Below, piece after piece: positions 31,102 to 41,883 of a DNA stretch of 64,000 bases; the first letter of the stretch is position 1; the number at the start of each line of letters is the position of its first letter. The stretch comes from Nostoc sp. (GTDB taxonomy: Bacteria > Cyanobacteriota > Cyanobacteriia > Cyanobacteriales > Nostocaceae): contig JBALDB010000069.1 in assembly GCA_036918135.1 (NCBI GenBank), positions 32,001-96,000 on the forward strand, in the 5' to 3' direction. The notes below the pieces were generated by a model. It saw nothing but the letters and a program-made list of their open reading frames with translations, searched no databases and had not been told where the DNA came from. A program made the position numbers and the translations under genes.

Positions 31102-31309
31102 GAAGTGGGGAGTGTGGGAAGTGTGGGGAGAGAGGGGAGATGACCAGATGGGGGAGTGTGGGGAGATAGGGGAGAGAGGGGGGCAAGATTTCTTCCCTAT
31201 ACTCCCTATCCTCCTTTTCCTCCCACACCTGCATTTGTTTCCCATCCTCCCTATCCTCCCTATCCTCCTTTTCCTCCCACACTCCTTGTTTGCCCAATGC
31301 CCAGTACCC
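31102..31309 (+). repeat. G-rich/C-rich 9-mer composite repeat (left copy)
   Basis: GGGGAGTGT/GGGGAGATA units, then GGGGCAAGATTT, CCTCCCTAT/CTCCCACAC units and TGTTTGCCCAATGCCC. Confidence 0.8.
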
Positions 31310-31318
31310 ATCGGGATT

Positions 31319-31564
31319 ATGAAAGATAAGTTGTTAAATTGGCTAAATGTGGTTTTAGTCGCAGATGTATTTTTAGTTTTGTTTGGCTTTGGTTGGTTAG
31401 CGATCGCAGCTGTTGGTGATGCTGCGGGAGTGAATCTGGGTTTGGATTTATGGCATCAATTGTGGCAACCCTTATTTAACCCAGCAATTGGTATCTTGAT
31501 GGGTGGTGCCATTCTTAGCGGTATTATTAGTTGGGCTTCTAAAAAATTTTTTTCTAGTCAATAG
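31319..31564 (+). CDS. Small membrane protein (81 aa)
   Basis: MKDKLLNWLN...LWQPLFNPAIGILMGGA; ATG at 31319 (the upstream ORF extension is repeat-derived). Confidence 0.75.
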   Translation: MKDKLLNWLNVVLVADVFLVLFGFGWLAIAAVGDAAGVNLGLDLWHQLWQPLFNPAIGILMGGAILSGIISWASKKFFSSQ

Positions 31565-31571
31565 TTCAGAG

Positions 31572-31752
31572 ACTGGGGATTGAGCATTGGGCATTAGGCA
31601 AACAGGGAGTGTGGGAGGTTTTGGAGGTGTGGGACGTGTGGGAGGATGGGGAACAAATCTTGCCCCCTCTCTCCCCTATCTCCCCTATCTCCTCATCTCC
31701 CCACATTCCCCACACTCCCCACACTTCCCACACTCCCCATCCTCCCAGTCCC
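31572..31752 (-). repeat. G-rich/C-rich composite repeat (right copy, inverted relative to left)
   Basis: Reverse complement reproduces GGGGAGTGTGGGAAGTGTGGGGAG...GGGGCAAGATTT...CTCCCACACTCC.TGTTTGCC.AATGCCC. Confidence 0.8.
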
Positions 31753-31759
31753 TTTAACT

Positions 31760-32677
31760 CTATGTCAGAATTTGTGTTAGTGCCGATTGTAAATTAGCAT
31801 AACGGTACTTAAAGCCTGTTTCTAGGGTGCGCTTGGGTAAAACTTTTTGACCTTCTAAAACTACTATTGCCCCGTCTCCTAAAAGGGCTTCAATCGCAAA
31901 ACCAGGGACGGGTAACCAAGAAGGACGATGCATCACTTGTCCTAAAGTTTGACTTAAATCTGCCATCCGTACTGGGTTAGGCGCAGTGGCATTATATACG
32001 CCTTCGATTTCTGGTTTAGTTAAAGCTTCCACAATCAGGTTAACTAAATCGTCCACGTGAATCCAAGAAAACCACTGGCGACCACTGCCAATGGGGCCAC
32101 CAGCAAAGAGTTGAAATGGTGGAATCATTTTAGCCAAAGCACCACCATTGCCTAAAATAATGCCAAAACGCAAAATTACTAGTCGCACACCAGTGTCTTT
32201 TACTTTTGCAGCTTCTGCTTCCCAAGCTTGGCAAACTTGGGCGAGAAAATCGTTACCAGATAAACTGGTTTCATCAAAAGTAGCCGTTTCACTGGTGCCG
32301 TAATAGCCAATAGCCGAAGCGTTTACTAACACAGTTGGTTTAGGGTTAGCGTTGACTATCGCTTGGACAATTTTTTGTGTGCCTAGCTTGCGACTATTGA
32401 GGATTTCTTGCTTGCGTTCTGGTGTCCAGCGTCCCTCACTAATGGGTTCTCCTGCCAGATTAACTACACCATCACAAAGTGCGATCGCACTTTGCCAAGA
32501 ACCAGATTGAGTTGTATAAGCAACAATTTCTAGATTAGGGAAAGCTTGAGACGGAAAAACTTTTTCAGCAAAAGCGGTGTTCCGAGTTAACACCAGTATT
32601 CTATGTCCTTCCTGGTGGAGTCGTTGTACCAAAAGACTACCAACAAATCCTGTTGCTCCTGTAACTGCTACTTTCAT
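31760..32677 (-). CDS. thyD: TIGR01777-family NAD-dependent epimerase-like protein (ThyD-like)
   Basis: VTGATGFVG, VNLAGEPI, ASAIGYYG, GSGRQWFSWIH. Confidence 0.88.
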   Translation of the reverse strand: MKVAVTGATGFVGSLLVQRLHQEGHRILVLTRNTAFAEKVFPSQAFPNLEIVAYTTQSGSWQSAIALCDGVVNLAGEPISEGRWTPERKQEILNSRKLGTQKIVQAIVNANPKPTVLVNASAIGYYGTSETATFDETSLSGNDFLAQVCQAWEAEAAKVKDTGVRLVILRFGIILGNGGALAKMIPPFQLFAGGPIGSGRQWFSWIHVDDLVNLIVEALTKPEIEGVYNATAPNPVRMADLSQTLGQVMHRPSWLPVPGFAIEALLGDGAIVVLEGQKVLPKRTLETGFKYRYANLQSALTQILT

Positions 32678-32870
32678 TTTTTACCTCTGCCAAAGCCTTA
32701 TTTTAAAGTTTTTTATCAAATTTTCAGTTTACGGTACTGTCTTTGTAGATAAAACAGATGATGATTGTATATCTCGTACCGATTAATCTGAAAACGAAAA
32801 AACTTTGCATTTCTGTTTAGATGCTTCGGTATTATAGGATGGACAGAGTGTTGCAAGGCGTGGGGCTATT

Positions 32871-33218
32871 ATGGGTCGCTATACCTGTTCATTTCTTGTT
32901 TCTGTTCCTAGTGACCATCTTCAGCCGTTACTTGTAGAACTTCTACAGGACTATCAGTTGGATATTCAATACCAGATGAGCGATTACATTATCGCTCGTG
33001 AGTTTCCTGGTAATGTTTCTTTTTCTAAATTGGTCACAGTGGAAGTACTGGTTGATAAATCAAAAAGTACGGAAACAGAAACCCGGATGAGTATTGTAAT
33101 TAAAAATGAAGAGCTGCCACTGCAAGTGGATAATTACTGCCGACAAATGTTTGAATCGATCAAGCAGGCGATCGAAACTAGCCGTCATTGGCATTTGATT
33201 GAAAGTCTTGCGGGATAG
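32871..33218 (+). CDS. Conserved hypothetical protein
   Basis: 115-aa ORF; KNEELPLQVDNYC motif. Confidence 0.7.
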   Translation: MGRYTCSFLVSVPSDHLQPLLVELLQDYQLDIQYQMSDYIIAREFPGNVSFSKLVTVEVLVDKSKSTETETRMSIVIKNEELPLQVDNYCRQMFESIKQAIETSRHWHLIESLAG

Positions 33219-33315
33219 TTTTGATAGTGATGCCCCCACGGCTTCGGACTGTGGGATTTTCTGACTTTTATTAGTAGGCTTTCCATTTTAAGGACGTGAG
33301 AAATTATTTATACAT

Positions 33316-33345
33316 TTGTAGGGGCGCAAGGTCTTGCCCCTACAA
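33316..33345. repeat. REP-like palindrome
   Basis: TTGTAGGGGC-GCAAGGTCTT-GCCCCTACAA. Confidence 0.7.
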
Positions 33346-33379
33346 TAAATGGTATTCCGGTTGAATTTGTATTTATGCC

Positions 33380-33879
33380 TGTAGTGCAACGGAAGTGCGT
33401 GCCTTAAATGCTCTACCATTAAATTTACCATTCGGTAGTGAAGTATATAGTGATGCAGCCTATACAGATTATCATGCTGAAGATGACCTTTTTGACTCAT
33501 CTCAGATTAAGTTGAAAGTAATGCGGAAAAAGAACTCTAAACGTCAGGATGAGCCGTGGAATCAGTATATCAAGCAATGTACTCGACAAAACAAAAGAAA
33601 CGGTATTTAGTAGCATCACTTGTGTCTTTCCAAAGTCAATCCATGCAGTTACCTACGAAGGGTTCTTACTCAAGTTAGAAGCATTCATTTTTGCTTTTAT
33701 TTTGAAACAAGCATTTATTGAATGAGTAAAATATAATGCTTTAATCTCATTCAGTATTTGTGTTTTAGAGTTAGTTGAAGCGACGGTTGCACAATGCACA
33801 ACCGCTACTTCGTCGTGAACGATTGCACGACTATTCAAGTGCAAAGTATCAACAGCTAGATAACCCGCAACTTAGGTTA
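33380..33879 (+). mobile_element. IS982-family transposase C-terminal remnant (frameshifted) with probable right IR
   Basis: VYSDAAYTDY...RKKNSKR...YIKQ, then ETVFSSITCVFPKSIHAVTYEGFLLKL in another frame; CGCAACTTAGGTTA end. Confidence 0.75.
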
Positions 33880-33890
33880 GTAGTTGTAAT

Positions 33891-34331
33891 TCAGTCTACT
33901 AAATCCTCTAAATCCTCGGTCATACCGGGGTTTATTAATGTAATATCATACTCACTCGAATCCGTTTGCCCCAAACGCTGACTATTTCTTAACAGATAAT
34001 AAATGGCACGTACTTGAGGACCAAAAACGATCTCGTCTTCATTTTTTAGATCGTGGGCTGGCATCTTGCGTCCATTAATCATCAAACCGTTGGAACTAGG
34101 CTTTCCTTTGGCATCGCCATCTACAATTCGATAATAGTAGCTATGAGTATTATGCTCTCGTGGCAATCTCACTAATGTGGCATGGCGGCGGGAGACAAAC
34201 TGCGACATCAAACGGATATTACATTCGCGGTCTCTACCAATAGAATAGACGGGCTGCTCCAAAGAAAATTCCTTGCGACCTTGATCGTCTTCAATAATCA
34301 GTAGATGGTTTTCATTAATTTCTGCTGCCAT
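33891..34331 (-). CDS. FHA domain protein
   Basis: IGRD, FVSRRHA and SSNGLMING FHA motifs. Confidence 0.9.
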   Translation of the reverse strand: MAAEINENHLLIIEDDQGRKEFSLEQPVYSIGRDRECNIRLMSQFVSRRHATLVRLPREHNTHSYYYRIVDGDAKGKPSSNGLMINGRKMPAHDLKNEDEIVFGPQVRAIYYLLRNSQRLGQTDSSEYDITLINPGMTEDLEDLVD

Positions 34332-34497
34332 TGACAAATCGTTGCTAAAATCGGTGGAACTTTGATTAATCAAGATTTGTTTAATATCGTATCTTGCCAT
34401 TCTCACGCACCGTAGTTTGTGGCGGCAATTTTAATCAGCTTTAAAACTGCATAATACCTTGAAAAAGTAGAACATGACCGTTCTACTCATCCTTTGT

Positions 34498-34703
34498 TAT
34501 TAGTCATTGGTCATTAGTCATTTGTTCTTTGTCCTCTGTTGCAAAGTCCCAATCTCAGGAAGCCTGAGCTTTTGACTTTGCCTTTGTCATTGTCTTGTTA
34601 ATCCAAAACTAATGACCAATGACCAATGACTTTTTTGACTTTGCGCTTTGTTATTGTCTTATTTGTCCAAAACTAATGACTAATGACTAATGACTTTTGA
34701 CTT
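34498..34703. repeat. STRR heptamers with a ~65-bp direct duplication
   Basis: TTTGACTTTGC..CTTTGT.ATTGTCTT...TCCAAAACTAATGAC.AATGAC.AATGACTTT occurs twice. Confidence 0.75.
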
Positions 34704-34722
34704 TCCCGCAGGGACTGACCTT

Positions 34723-37257
34723 TTACGAGTGATGAGCCAAGCGCCGTAATAAAATTGAGTTTGTGACAACGCTAACAGAGCTAAAAGCCATTAATGCGGC
34801 AGCGCCCGATGGGTTAAGCACAAAACCGAGACTAGGGAACAAAACACCTGCTGCTAAAGGAATACCAACTGTATTATATGCAAAAGCCCAAAAGAGATTT
34901 TGGCGGATTTTGTTGAAGGTAGCGCGACTAAGTTGAATAGATTCAACGACATCGTTTAAGCGATCGCGCATTAGGACAATTTCAGCAGTTTCCATCGCCA
35001 CATCAGTCCCGGAGTATAAAGCAATTCCGACATCAGCTTGGGATAAAGCTGGAGCATCATTGATGCCATCACCGACCATTGCGACTACTGAGTGGCTGGC
35101 GCTGAGTGAGGAGTTTTCTTTGCCTCTTTGTCCCCGCGTCCCTTCTAACTGGAGAACTTGTATAGCAGCCGCTTTCTTAGCCGGGGGAACACCTGCGATC
35201 GCATCGGCGCTATCTAATCCTAATTGTTTGGCTATGGTGTTGGCTGCTTCTAGGCGATCGCCACTGAGCAGCATTACCCGTAGGCCCATCTGACGTAACT
35301 TGTCTACGGTAGTTTTGGCATCTGGTCTGAGAGGATCGCAAACAGCAATCATTCCGGCTAAAGTTCCCCTAACTGCTACAAAAACCACTGTTTTTCCAGA
35401 TGTTGCCCAATCCTGTGCTACTTGTTGTGCAGTTGCGCTTATGGCAATCCCATGCCAACTCAACCAGTCTGAATTACCTAACAACACAACTTTGCCCTCT
35501 ACTACAGCGGACACCCCCAGTCCTGGTTCTGTGTGAAAGTCCACAGCTTCTGGAATCGATAACTCCTGCCGCTGTGCTTCTTGCTGAATTGCTTTTGCTA
35601 GGGGATGATGAGTACCGCTTTCTACGGCTGCGGCTAGTTGTATTAGGGATTGGGAAGACGAACAAGGGTGGGGTGCAGGGGGCAGAGGAGAAAACTCTTG
35701 TTTCTTGCTAAGAGATCCTTGCTCCCCTGCTTCTTCCCCAGTAAAGAGTCCCTCAATTAACAAGCAATCCGTAACGATGGGATTACCTGTAGTCAATGTA
35801 CCAGTTTTATCAAAAACTACGGTGTTTAACTGATGTATTTTTTCTAAAACGTCGCCGCCTTTGATTAATAGACCCCGTTCTGCGCCCATACCAGTGCCGA
35901 CAAGAATGGCTGTTGGTGTAGCAAGTCCCAAAGCACAGGGACAGGCGACTACCATCACGGCGATCGCTAACTTTAAGCTAACTAGGAGTGGGGAGTGGGT
36001 AGAGACACCATTAATCGCGTCTGTACTGAGTAAGGAGTGGTGAGCCATTTCCATGCCACCAGACATGGTGACATCACTCCAGATGTGAGTACCAAAAAAG
36101 TACCAAAAGATAAATGTCAATACAGATGCTGTCAGCACCCCGTAGGTAAAGTAACCTGCTACTGTATCTGCTAATTTCTGTACCGGGGCTTTGCGAGTTT
36201 GGGCAGCTTCTACTAGGGCAACAATTTGGGCTAAAGTTGTATCACTGCCGACACGTGTTGCTCGAATAGCCATCGCCCCTGTCTGGTTTAGCGTTCCGGC
36301 TGTCACTAGATCTCCCGGCTGCTTGCTCACTGGTACTGCTTCCCCAGTCAACATCGATTCATCAATTGTTGTTTGACCAGCTACGACTTCGCCATCAACG
36401 GGGATTTTATCACCTGGCAGCACCTGTAACCATTCTCCAACCCGCACCTGTTCGGCGGGAATCTCAACACTAGAAAACCCAACTCCTGTTTTTTCTGGGT
36501 TGGCAATTAACCGCGCTAAGAGTGGTTGGAGTGCCAACATTTGTCTAAATGCGGCAGCAGCACGACCTCTAGCTTGTTGCTCTAGCGTCCTTCCTAATAA
36601 AATAAAGCCCAGCATCATTACTGGTTCGTCAAAAAAGCACTCCCAACCCATTTGGGGAAACAGCAGCGCTACTAAACTAGCAATGTAAGCTGTGAGAGTT
36701 CCCAATCCCACTAGCGTGTTCATGTTAGGTGCGTTTCGCCGCCACCCCAGCCAACCATCTACTAAAATCGGGCGACCGGGAATTAATATAGCGATCGTTG
36801 CTAGTCCACAGTGGAACCAGATGTTATTCAACACGGGCAGCACTGAGCTGCCGATATTACCAAAATGTCCACTTGCCGACAACACAAGCAACAGAGCAGC
36901 GATGGCTAATTGCCTGAGTGAAGATCGCATTTGTTGGCGTTGTCGTTGTGCCGGGTCTGCTAGGTTAGATATCTCGCCTGCTACTGTCAGACTGGCTTTT
37001 CGTGGTTGAGTCGGGAATCCAACGTCTGTTAAATGCTTTGCCAGCGCATCTGCATCTACGACACCAGCTTGTGACTCTACAACTGCTACTTCTGTCGCCA
37101 GGTTGACGCTGGCACTTTTGACTCCTGGATGTTGGGTTAGCTGTCGCTCTACTGCGTTCACACACCCAGCACACTTCATACCTCCAACATCGAGAATAAT
37201 TTTCTCTAGAATTGGAGCAAATTCTTGGTCTACCTTAGTTTTGGGAACAAGTTGCAT
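34723..37257 (-). CDS. Cu(I)-transporting P1B-type ATPase (CtaA-like)
   Basis: GMKCAGC metal-binding domain, TGE, CPCALGLATP, DKTGT, GDGINDAP, YN and MAFSS. Confidence 0.93.
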   Translation of the reverse strand: MQLVPKTKVDQEFAPILEKIILDVGGMKCAGCVNAVERQLTQHPGVKSASVNLATEVAVVESQAGVVDADALAKHLTDVGFPTQPRKASLTVAGEISNLADPAQRQRQQMRSSLRQLAIAALLLVLSASGHFGNIGSSVLPVLNNIWFHCGLATIAILIPGRPILVDGWLGWRRNAPNMNTLVGLGTLTAYIASLVALLFPQMGWECFFDEPVMMLGFILLGRTLEQQARGRAAAAFRQMLALQPLLARLIANPEKTGVGFSSVEIPAEQVRVGEWLQVLPGDKIPVDGEVVAGQTTIDESMLTGEAVPVSKQPGDLVTAGTLNQTGAMAIRATRVGSDTTLAQIVALVEAAQTRKAPVQKLADTVAGYFTYGVLTASVLTFIFWYFFGTHIWSDVTMSGGMEMAHHSLLSTDAINGVSTHSPLLVSLKLAIAVMVVACPCALGLATPTAILVGTGMGAERGLLIKGGDVLEKIHQLNTVVFDKTGTLTTGNPIVTDCLLIEGLFTGEEAGEQGSLSKKQEFSPLPPAPHPCSSSQSLIQLAAAVESGTHHPLAKAIQQEAQRQELSIPEAVDFHTEPGLGVSAVVEGKVVLLGNSDWLSWHGIAISATAQQVAQDWATSGKTVVFVAVRGTLAGMIAVCDPLRPDAKTTVDKLRQMGLRVMLLSGDRLEAANTIAKQLGLDSADAIAGVPPAKKAAAIQVLQLEGTRGQRGKENSSLSASHSVVAMVGDGINDAPALSQADVGIALYSGTDVAMETAEIVLMRDRLNDVVESIQLSRATFNKIRQNLFWAFAYNTVGIPLAAGVLFPSLGFVLNPSGAAALMAFSSVSVVTNSILLRRLAHHS

Positions 37258-37367
37258 GGCAAATGTTTAGATTCGCTACGAAAATTCAACGCCTGAGTAA
37301 AAGCGTCTCTAATTCGAGCGTAGGCGAAATATGGAACTACGACTGTATGTCAACCATATTAAATTTA

Positions 37368-37571
37368 TTAATTTATCGTACCGTGCTGAGCGTCACGACG
37401 GCTCCAGCGTATATAAGTTACATAGATAATAGCCGTAACCTGCAATGGCATCAGGATAATTAGGCTTCTCAAAAAATAGTTGATTTCCAAATGAGACATC
37501 ATACTGAAATACCCTATGCCTAACAAGAAAAACATAGTCCAGCTAAGCAGTTTAGGTTTGACAACAACCAT
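37368..37571 (-). CDS. Small hypothetical membrane protein
   Basis: 67 aa with two hydrophobic segments. Confidence 0.5.
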   Translation of the reverse strand: MVVVKPKLLSWTMFFLLGIGYFSMMSHLEINYFLRSLIILMPLQVTAIIYVTYIRWSRRDAQHGTIN

Positions 37572-37709
37572 ATCAATCAGAATAAATATAAAAGCGCTGT
37601 ATAACAGCTATAGATAAATCAGCTTAGTAAAGCAGAGCGTAAATCTAGCTACCTTTTCAAACAAGGGGCTTAGGCCCCTTATTTAATCTAGGCATTCTGC
37701 CACAATGTA

Positions 37710-37985
37710 CTAGAACCAACCCTGCTTATTCACAAAGTAGGTATTTACAAATTCTTCAGGAGACTTATTCAAGTAAATCGTGCCTTCAATTAAACCTACA
37801 AGTTGCATAATCAATAAGGCAACACCATAAGTAAAAGAACCTCCAATTACAGAAATCGCCAACATAATAAAGCCTTCTAAGGCATATCCAAGAATAAACT
37901 TATGAACGCCAAATCCTCCAAGAATAATGCCACAGTAACCAGCTAAAAGTTGTTTGGTAGGGTGACTGGGATTGAGATTTGCCAT
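37710..37985 (-). CDS. TM2-domain protein
   Basis: LAGYCGIILGGFGVHKFILGY and GLIEG..YL; AAGGAG RBS. Confidence 0.85.
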   Translation of the reverse strand: MANLNPSHPTKQLLAGYCGIILGGFGVHKFILGYALEGFIMLAISVIGGSFTYGVALLIMQLVGLIEGTIYLNKSPEEFVNTYFVNKQGWF

Positions 37986-38728
37986 ATAAATGCTACTCCT
38001 TAATAAGTGAGGTATAAAATAAAGTCTTTATGGGAATAAAAGTGAGTAAATATATTTGGTAAGCAAATATATTTTTTATTTTTTAGTATGAATAAGCACC
38101 AAGATACATGACTAAAATCAGCGTGCTTCTAGTGTATAGGTAACGCTGAGAATATGAGACATAAAATGTCTTTCAACACCACCTAAAAATCTCTAGTTCA
38201 TTAAGGGTTTTGGTGGATTCGGTCGCAAATTCTAGTACGCCAATTGTAGAGATTTTTAGCCAAGACTTTTATCTTGAGAATAATCAATCTCAGTCATCAG
38301 CAACAACTGCTATGCACACAACTTTTTACAAGTCCATCAGTATTATTTCCGGAGTTTTTTCCGATCGCAGCAATAACCAGTATTGGTAGTCTGATTAGTA
38401 CAAATATATTATTGTAACTTCTTTTCAGTTATCAATCACTATTTACACGAGTGCAAACGGATTCTCAATCGAAATTAATTACAGACACAAATCAACTTGG
38501 TAAACCAATTAACATCTCAAAAATGGCTAAAGTCACTCGGATGAGAATAAATGCTTAGCTATATAGTTTGTTGTCTATGTTCAAAGCATTACTTAATTTG
38601 CTTTTGCTATTGTTTATTTGGCTTTTAGCAAGTATTTACATTTACAACCAATTATAACTAGTAAATTGTTGCTATCTATGGAGATAAAATCAGATATTTC
38701 CATTTTTAGCAACAGTGTTAAATTAGTA

Positions 38729-40318
38729 TTAATGGCTACCTAAAATAAATAGGCTTAATAATGTACCGCTATTCCAGAGGCTGTGGAGGAGCATAGGAGC
38801 AAGGAGATTGCGCGATCGCGTGTAGACTACCCCCAATACAACGCCCAACGCAGTCAGTGGTAGAATTTCCGATAAACTTAGGTGAGCGATCGCAAACAAT
38901 AAACTACTGACCAGAATTGAGGCCCACACGGGTAAATAGCGGGTAAGAGAGGGAAGCAAAAAGCCGCGAAACAGAAGTTCTTCAAAAAATGGAGCCGCGA
39001 TCGCTGCTGTAAAGAAAAATATGCCAAGTGCTACACCATCTTGACTTTCGAGAGCTAGTTGCAATAGGGGATTGCTACCACCTTGTCCTTGCCAGAGTTG
39101 TTGATTAATTAAAGATACTACTACAACTATAGGTAAAGCAGTGCAATAACCCCCTAGTCCCCACAAAAACCACTTATCTTGAAAGCGCAGGCGAAACCAG
39201 AATTCTGGGAGTGGAAAAAAGCGTTTAATAGAAAAATACAGCACCAATAACGCACCTGATGCTACCAGTATGTAACTAACTAAAACTGAAAAAGCTTGAA
39301 GTCGCACATCAGTAACAGGACGTTCTATAGGGAGCAACGATAGCAGTGCGGGGACAAAAAGTTGTCCCATGAAGAAAAAGCCCAGGACAAAAACCTGCAA
39401 AACCGTTTCCCCATCCCAAGGCGTTGACCAAGGTAAATCAGCATTTTGACTTAATAAAGAAGCTTTTCCTTTGAGCAAACGTTGAGCAAATAAGAAAATC
39501 AGCAGTATTAGACCAATTAATGCTGCCAAAGTGGGAATAGTACCAATAATTGCTAATTTCAACACTGCACTCGTAGCAGCTTCTTGTTGTGCAGCTTTAA
39601 CTGCTGATAAAGCTTGTTGTCGTTGCTGAAGTTGATATAGCCGAATCAAAGCAGTAGAGCTAAACCAACCTTCTAAATTCTTTTGAATCGGTTGTTGAGC
39701 ATTGGGGAGCAGCCGGGGAGGATTACTCCACAGTCCACTCAATATAGCAGCAGTTTGCCCAAATTCTGGATTGATATCTGAGCGCTTTTGTAATTCGTTC
39801 CAAGTTTTCAGGGCTACATCCGTCTGTCCTTGCTGTGCTTGTAAAATTCCTAACCGCAAGTCTAATTCAGCTAGTAATTTTTCTAGTTTGTTAACGGACT
39901 GCTGTAACTGTTGCTGCTGTCCTTGTTGCTGTGTTTGTTGAGAAGTTTTTGTAGTAGGAGAAACGTCTGGTAGAGGTTTAGGAGGTATAGGAGTTATTTC
40001 CGGTTGAGATCGTAACTGTGCAAGTTTGCTGTTAACTTTATCTAAATTAGTTTGAACAGATTGATGCGCCTCCTGATACTGCTTTGTAGCACTTTCTAGA
40101 GGTTGGTCGCCAAGTATCGCTTCTCGAATCGCCTGGAGATTGTCATCGCTACTATCTTCTGATTGCCAAGCTTGGGCTTGTAAAGCGATATTAGTTTGGT
40201 AGAGTTCTAAGCGACTTTGAAACTGAGGTTCTTGCCAACTACCAAATAAAGACAAAACTGCCAACAGAACTGCTATTGGCGTCATGATAAAAGTTAAAAT
40301 CAACCGCTTGATTGTCAT
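38729..40318 (-). CDS. CPBP (CAAX/Abi) intramembrane metalloprotease with N-terminal soluble domain
   Basis: EELLFRG, FAIAH and HSLWN motifs. Confidence 0.9.
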   Translation of the reverse strand: MTIKRLILTFIMTPIAVLLAVLSLFGSWQEPQFQSRLELYQTNIALQAQAWQSEDSSDDNLQAIREAILGDQPLESATKQYQEAHQSVQTNLDKVNSKLAQLRSQPEITPIPPKPLPDVSPTTKTSQQTQQQGQQQQLQQSVNKLEKLLAELDLRLGILQAQQGQTDVALKTWNELQKRSDINPEFGQTAAILSGLWSNPPRLLPNAQQPIQKNLEGWFSSTALIRLYQLQQRQQALSAVKAAQQEAATSAVLKLAIIGTIPTLAALIGLILLIFLFAQRLLKGKASLLSQNADLPWSTPWDGETVLQVFVLGFFFMGQLFVPALLSLLPIERPVTDVRLQAFSVLVSYILVASGALLVLYFSIKRFFPLPEFWFRLRFQDKWFLWGLGGYCTALPIVVVVSLINQQLWQGQGGSNPLLQLALESQDGVALGIFFFTAAIAAPFFEELLFRGFLLPSLTRYLPVWASILVSSLLFAIAHLSLSEILPLTALGVVLGVVYTRSRNLLAPMLLHSLWNSGTLLSLFILGSH

Positions 40319-40677
40319 CTATCCCCCTTTTACTGTACTCAGTGGTGAGTGGAGAGTATGGAGTGGGGAGTTACGAGTTATTATTCTTATCTTGCTTCCC
40401 CAGTTCCCTCATCCTCGCGTTCCTTCTGTTTGCGTCTACCTTGGGAATTATCGCAAGAAAAAGTCAGAGGTGGATAGATATTATGAATATTATGATGCTA
40501 TCAGTCTGCGATTGCACCCACAATGTAAAATTACAACCCATTGCACTGCTTACCTTCCGCTCTGCGATCTACCCGATTCTGACGCTCGATTTGTGGATAA
40601 TCAACTGAAAGTTTAAATTACCATCATAATTGTGTTTATATAAACATGAAACCGCACACAACGAGGAGGATAATAAC

Positions 40678-41700
40678 GTGAAAATCTTGCCAGTTGTAAA
40701 TGAACGGTTTTTGCAGATTCCGATCGTTGATATTAGCGCCTTGGTTTCTAAAACTGGTGAACGCCACACAGTCGCTTCTCAAATCAATCGAGCATGTTGC
40801 AAGTGTGGGTTTTTCTATATCGTTGGACATGGCATAGACGAAGATTTACAGCAACGCTTAGAACTACTGAGCCGACAATTTTTCGCCCAGGATTTAGAAA
40901 CTAAATTGAAAATCCGCATGGCTTTGGGTGGTAAAGCATGGCGGGGGTATTTCCCGGTCGGTGGCGAATTGACATCGGGTAAACCAGACCAAAAAGAAGG
41001 TATTTACTTTGGTGCAGAACTGGGAAAGGAACATCCATTAGTGCAAGATGATACTCCTATGCATGGTTCTAACCTCTTCCCATCTAATATTCCACTGTTT
41101 TGTGAAACAGTACTTGAATATATGGAGGCAATGACTCAGCTCGGGCACACGCTGATGGCTGGTATTGCTCTGAGTTTGGGACTGGAAGAATCTTATTTTG
41201 CTGACCGTTACACAGCAGACCCACTGATATTATTCCGTATTTTTAATTACCCCGCTTATTCATCACCGTTAGATTCTGAAGATAAGTGGGGAGTTGGCGA
41301 ACATACTGATTACGGTATCCTAACTATTCTCAAGCAGGATGATTCAGGCGGATTGCAGGTGAAATCAAGATCGGGTTGGGTTGCTGCGTCTCCTATTCCT
41401 AATTCTTTTGTGTGTAATATTGGCGATATGCTAGACCGAATGACAGGAGGTTTGTATCGTTCTACACCTCATCGAGTTCAGAATCTGTCAGGACGCGATC
41501 GCCTTTCGTTCCCCTTTTTCTTCGATCCAAATTTTAATGCTGAGGTAAAGCTGATTGAATTGGACGGCGTATTGATAAATGACGACAAAAAGGAACGCTG
41601 GGATCGGGTTAGCGTTCACGATTTTCACGGAACCTACGGTGATTATCTGTTGAATAAGGTATCTAAGGTTTTTCCAGAGTTGCGACGGACGGTTTTATAG
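40678..41700 (+). CDS. 2OG-Fe(II) dioxygenase, isopenicillin N synthase family (start uncertain)
   Basis: IPIVDIS, GFFYIVGHG, HTD, STPHRV, RLSFPFF; GAGGAGG upstream of GTG 40678. Confidence 0.88.
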   Translation: MKILPVVNERFLQIPIVDISALVSKTGERHTVASQINRACCKCGFFYIVGHGIDEDLQQRLELLSRQFFAQDLETKLKIRMALGGKAWRGYFPVGGELTSGKPDQKEGIYFGAELGKEHPLVQDDTPMHGSNLFPSNIPLFCETVLEYMEAMTQLGHTLMAGIALSLGLEESYFADRYTADPLILFRIFNYPAYSSPLDSEDKWGVGEHTDYGILTILKQDDSGGLQVKSRSGWVAASPIPNSFVCNIGDMLDRMTGGLYRSTPHRVQNLSGRDRLSFPFFFDPNFNAEVKLIELDGVLINDDKKERWDRVSVHDFHGTYGDYLLNKVSKVFPELRRTVL

Positions 41701-41830
41701 AATTTTGAAGATATTTTTCTCATCCCAACTTTTTTAAGGCGATTGCGCTACTTTGAAAAATTACTTAGCTTTTAACATGATGAATTGCTTTAACTAATTC
41801 GTCTTTGTTCATTTTGCTTTGACCTAAAAA

Positions 41831-41866
41831 AATTCCCGTTGCCATCACAATTGACAACGGGAGTTT
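41831..41866. terminator. Hairpin between convergent genes
   Basis: TCCCGTTG.CA pairs with TG.CAACGGGA, with A/T-rich flanks. Confidence 0.6.
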
Positions 41867-41883
41867 ATTAGATTTTATATTAA

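Noticed and set aside
31039..31318. ORFs translated from G/C-rich repeats (also 31609-31797)
   Set aside because: Low-complexity repeat translations.
34570..34703. Possible mini-CRISPR from a direct duplication
   Set aside because: Only two imperfect copies built from STRR heptamers, with no repeat-spacer structure.
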